From NCBI GenBank assembly GCA_038064475.1, contig JBBTTA010000001.1, forward strand, positions 47,086 through 111,085: a stretch of DNA of 64,000 nt. Direction: 5' to 3'. The notes under the pieces were generated by a model, which saw only the letters and a list, made by a program, of their open reading frames with translations, had not been told where the DNA came from and did not search any database. Both the position numbers and the translations under genes were made by a program. This stretch comes from Patescibacteria group bacterium (GTDB lineage Bacteria; Patescibacteriota; Minisyncoccia; Phycocordibacterales; EsbW-18). Shown piece after piece: positions 60,910-64,000 of the stretch. Position 1 is the stretch's first letter. Each line of letters starts with the position of its first letter.

Positions 60910-61245
60910 CTACTTCTTCGGAACACCCGTGATCTCGCGAAACTTCTCGACGACCCAGTGCGGAACGAATGCGCTCGGGAATCCCGGCAACCGGTCGGCG
61001 TAGGCCGAAGACTCCTGGTTCTTCTTTGGGAGCACGGGCACGGTGAGCTCGACGATCGTGTCCGAATCATCAGGATCTCCGATAACTCGGACATCACCCC
61101 TCACGTAGAGATTGGTGACTGCCCAAAGCGGGACATCGAACCGCTTGAGACGATTGATCGACAGCGAACCTCCGTGCTCGGCGAGCAGAGCAAGAACTCT
61201 TGCCCGCTCGCGACGAATTACATCATTCGTGTTCGTTATGTCCAC
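60910..61245 (-). CDS. hypothetical protein (111 aa) in a markedly GC-rich islet
   Basis: ORF only. Local GC is visibly higher than neighbours. Confidence 0.35.
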   Translation of the reverse strand: MDITNTNDVIRRERARVLALLAEHGGSLSINRLKRFDVPLWAVTNLYVRGDVRVIGDPDDSDTIVELTVPVLPKKNQESSAYADRLPGFPSAFVPHWVVEKFREITGVPKK

Positions 61246-61338
61246 GTATGCCTCCTGTTTCTTAAAACTCTCGTTAATTGTGGGGAACTTTCTGTTGGTA
61301 TTATACCAAAATAGGGGTAAAAGTCAATCCCCCCTCGC

Positions 61339-61776
61339 CTATTGTGGCGTTATTCTGTGCTCGACGTACCAAAATACAGTAAGCGTCATAAGGGTAAGAG
61401 CGGCTGTTGCAATTGCGAGCCCGTAGAGACCGAAACCGACAGCAACACCAATACCTGCTGTTACCCAGAGACCTGCCGCTGTGGTAAGTCCTACCGCTGT
61501 TTGTTCACGCAAAATGATGACACCGGCACCCAAAAATCCGATGCCTGTGATAATGCCTGCGACAACACGCATGACGTCCGACTCATCAATAGACATTGTC
61601 TGACCAACTGTAAGCGCAGTGAGTACAAACAAACATGAGCCAAGAGATACGAGTCCGTACGTACGGAGCCCTGCGGTTTTGTGTGCAAGTGTTCGTTCAA
61701 CACCGATGAGCATGCCGAGTGACGTTGCAATCAACAACTGAAGAAACATTGGGATTTGTGCGAGTATGCTTTCCAT
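61339..61776 (-). CDS. MgtC/SapB family membrane protein
   Basis: Contains ...LGMLIGVERTLAHKTAGLRTYGLV... Four TM helices. Confidence 0.8.
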   Translation of the reverse strand: MESILAQIPMFLQLLIATSLGMLIGVERTLAHKTAGLRTYGLVSLGSCLFVLTALTVGQTMSIDESDVMRVVAGIITGIGFLGAGVIILREQTAVGLTTAAGLWVTAGIGVAVGFGLYGLAIATAALTLMTLTVFWYVEHRITPQ

Positions 61777-61779
61777 ATA

Positions 61780-62322
61780 TTAGTATGCAATAAATGATGC
61801 GCTGACAACAACGTCATTACGCATCACAACAGTATCTTTTTTAAAATCGAATTCTTTGTCCCCGTCATCATGAAATACGATTGCGCTGTATGAGCTACCT
61901 ACGGTCATTGCGCGAAGAAGGATAATGGTCCCCTGCCAAACGCCCCCATCAAATCGAGCGGCACCAAGAATTGACCCTGAACTTTCTTCACGAATTGCAA
62001 CCCACCCAGATTTTGTCAGTGTCACTGAATCAACATACACGACATCTCCCGCCTTCTGGTTTTTTACCGCAACACTATCCGATCCAACTTTTACAAGAGA
62101 ATCATTCTCTATGTCAGTACGTGCTTCACGAAATGGTTGCCGTGGATCAAGCGCCGTCCCTCTTTCTTCTTCGGGAGTTGTTGATGCCGTTACTGTTGTG
62201 TCATCACTCGATTTCGTGTCGCGCGAAATAAGCAACCATACGACAAGAACAATGCCAAAGAAAATAAGAAGAAACGTAATGATACTCGTAAAACGTGGAT
62301 GTTCTGAAAATGTTCTCGTCAT
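61780..62322 (-). CDS. hypothetical membrane-anchored/secreted protein (180 aa)
   Basis: N-terminal TM helix, then a Ser/Thr-rich linker and a beta-rich domain. Confidence 0.5.
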   Translation of the reverse strand: MTRTFSEHPRFTSIITFLLIFFGIVLVVWLLISRDTKSSDDTTVTASTTPEEERGTALDPRQPFREARTDIENDSLVKVGSDSVAVKNQKAGDVVYVDSVTLTKSGWVAIREESSGSILGAARFDGGVWQGTIILLRAMTVGSSYSAIVFHDDGDKEFDFKKDTVVMRNDVVVSASFIAY

Positions 62323-62327
62323 GATAC

Positions 62328-63197
62328 TTATGCGTCGTGTTTGATATCTTCCGCAGTAAATGGCACACAGAGACGGTTCGCTTCGGCAAGCACTGTTGCC
62401 ACCTTCGGTCCCGTAACCCCCGCACGTTCAAGCACATTAGGATTATCAACAACACCGCGACACAACACAACACCGTTTTGGTACAACGTTTCTTTTTCTT
62501 TTCCCGTTAACGTTGTGAGACATGACAGTGGGTGAAGACCCGCTTCTTCAATGAGGTCTTGGACATTACCTTTTGATGGGTATCCCCAACCAATCATGTG
62601 CATACCCACACATGTACCGTAGCGAATCGCATTCTCAGTAAACTTTGTGTTCGTCACCACCCACGATTGTGCTTTTCCTCCACGTGGCACCAATCCTTCG
62701 AACCCCCCTGCTTCTAAATCAAGAAAACGTCCGTGAATATAGAGCGCAACTTTTACATCTGTCTTAAACCCTTGGGCATTATGAAATTTTGCTTCAACGA
62801 GGATGAGTTCTTTGTCGTTGTGCGCAATCACGTCTATTTCATGATCAACACAGTGTCCTTTCATAATTTCACCGACACGAACGTTGTATCCTTTCTTTTT
62901 AAAGACCTCACCGAGCAATGTTTCAAATGGAAAACCTGACGGACCAAGTTCAAGGACTGCACGTCTGAGTGAGTAACGCGCCGCAACCGGCGAATCGGCG
63001 TGCTTCTTCAGGAGTCTTCGCGCATGACGATAGATGTGCGACGTCGTCATGCCGTCTTTCATCTCGCGTTCGATGTGTCCGACAATATCCACCACAGTCG
63101 CCTCTGTTGCACCGGCGTTTTTGAGCGAGCGAACGAGCTTTGACGAATCAAACGGCTCAAGTGCGCCATCGAGTTTTCTTACGAGATGTGTTGCCAT
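62328..63197 (-). CDS. ATP-cone domain fused to Mrr-like restriction endonuclease (PD-(D/E)xK) domain
   Basis: N-terminal ATP-cone MATHLVRKLDGALEPFDSSKLVRSL.... C-terminal ...VDHEIDVIAHNDKELILVEAKF... (D-x(n)-E-x-K). Start trimmed to MATHLV. Confidence 0.6.
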   Translation of the reverse strand: MATHLVRKLDGALEPFDSSKLVRSLKNAGATEATVVDIVGHIEREMKDGMTTSHIYRHARRLLKKHADSPVAARYSLRRAVLELGPSGFPFETLLGEVFKKKGYNVRVGEIMKGHCVDHEIDVIAHNDKELILVEAKFHNAQGFKTDVKVALYIHGRFLDLEAGGFEGLVPRGGKAQSWVVTNTKFTENAIRYGTCVGMHMIGWGYPSKGNVQDLIEEAGLHPLSCLTTLTGKEKETLYQNGVVLCRGVVDNPNVLERAGVTGPKVATVLAEANRLCVPFTAEDIKHDA

Positions 63198-63216
63198 ACA
63201 TCTCCAGTATATAGCA

Positions 63217-64000
63217 CTAGCCTTTTGTTGTCTTTTGGATAACTCCACCACCGAGGCATGTTTCTCCGTCATACAACACAATGGACTGTCCAGAGTTAAG
63301 TGAGGCAACAGGTTCAGTAAAGGTAACCGCGTACCCTTCCTCTGTTTCCTGTATACGACATGGAAGACGTGGCTGACGATAGCGGAACCGACAGGTATAT
63401 TCTTTTTCTTCTTCGGGCATACCATTTGTCCACGCCGTATTTTCAAGTACGGCACCAATGTATGCATGTTCATTTTCTCCAAGCACATCTTGAGACACCG
63501 TAATTGTGTTTGTGTCGATATTTTTATCAACAACATAATATGGCGTATCGTTCGGAGTTTTCTTTGTGATGGTAAAACCATGACGCTGTCCGCGTGTATA
63601 GAAAAATGCTCCTTCATGGTGTCCAATAACTTCCCCTGAAACTGACAATACGTCCCCCTGTTTTTCTTCGATATAGCGCTTCAAAAAATCCCGCATTTCA
63701 AGTTTTCCAAGGAAACACACCCCCTGACTATCTTTTTTATCCGCAACAGGAAGGTCAAAACGTTTTGCAATCTCTCGCACCTCTGATTTTTTATACTCAC
63801 CAATTGGAAAAAGAACGTGCTGTAATTTCTCTTGTGGTACTGCCCACAAAAAATAGCTTTGATCTTTATTTGTATCAATACCAGTCAAGAGTGACGTGTT
63901 TCCATCTTCATCTGTCTCAACACGCGCATAGTGACCCGTTGCCACATATTCCGCTCCGTGTGCACGCGCATATTCGAAAAATCCTCCAAACTTAATGAAT
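63217..64000 (-). CDS. mnmA: tRNA-specific 2-thiouridylase MnmA, C-terminal part (N-terminal PP-loop domain lies beyond the window end)
   Basis: Contains ...DQSYFLW...QGVCFLGK...YTRGQRHG.... The ORF is open to the window edge. Confidence 0.8.
   Translation of the reverse strand, partial: FIKFGGFFEYARAHGAEYVATGHYARVETDEDGNTSLLTGIDTNKDQSYFLWAVPQEKLQHVLFPIGEYKKSEVREIAKRFDLPVADKKDSQGVCFLGKLEMRDFLKRYIEEKQGDVLSVSGEVIGHHEGAFFYTRGQRHGFTITKKTPNDTPYYVVDKNIDTNTITVSQDVLGENEHAYIGAVLENTAWTNGMPEEEKEYTCRFRYRQPRLPCRIQETEEGYAVTFTEPVASLNSGQSIVLYDGETCLGGGVIQKTTKG

Overview
This window is almost entirely minus-strand housekeeping genes from a small, gene-dense bacterial genome. Composition is about 45% GC with several GC-richer islets. 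Several features point to a reduced genome, possibly CPR/Patescibacteria-like; this placement is an inference. They include a truncated AlaRS, a ProRS without an editing domain, no rimM or rplS near trmD, a MurF lacking its N-terminal domain, and many short intergenic spacers.

Confidently recognised blocks, read along the minus strand from high to low coordinates:
- mnmA (partial), running off the window end at 64000.
- A repair/nuclease islet: ATP-cone–Mrr-like nuclease, a secreted hypothetical, an MgtC-family protein, a GC-rich orphan, a Cas4-like 4-Cys PD-(D/E)xK nuclease, and ogt.
- An M16 peptidase, then frr and rseP.
- proS, then mreB-mreC-mreD-mrdA, greA and lysS.
- A dcw fragment, mraZ-rsmH-ftsL-ftsI, followed by murF.
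- rpsP, a KH-domain protein and trmD.
- rpoB-rpoC-dnaG-rpoD.
- Two membrane proteins and a PD-(D/E)xK nuclease, upstream of plus-strand genes for a DsbA-like protein, a DEDDy exonuclease and priA (25442-27343).
- Minus-strand uppP (28055-28858) lies between the DEDDy exonuclease and the DsbA-like gene.
- murA, then three small orphan ORFs.
- A second mreB and holB.
- nth, a small orphan, a UDG, a second M16 peptidase and alaS.
- Two lineage-specific hypotheticals: an actin-fold ATPase and a bitopic membrane protein.
- infA-rpmJ-rpsM-rpsK-rpsD-rpoA-rplQ, then rplM-rpsI.
- grpE-dnaK-dnaJ.
- glyQS, trpS and aspS.
- scpA (partial), running off the window start.

No CRISPR array, rRNA gene or clear tRNA gene was seen.

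The most unusual observations, detailed in the findings, are:
- A PriA whose Walker A and helicase motif II are degenerate, suggesting a pseudo-helicase.
- A short repeat-plus-palindrome element present once intergenically and once in-frame inside trmD.
- A roughly 650-nt noncoding stretch between glyQS and dnaJ. It has long-range helices, a perfect 42-nt palindrome and a terminator, and may hold structured RNA(s).
- A candidate sRNA between trpS and glyQS, with a closing helix and an intrinsic terminator.
- An actin-fold protein and a bitopic membrane protein wedged between alaS and infA.
- Several GC-rich islets carrying small orphan ORFs.
- A cluster pairing an ATP-cone/Mrr-like nuclease with a Cas4-like nuclease and ogt.
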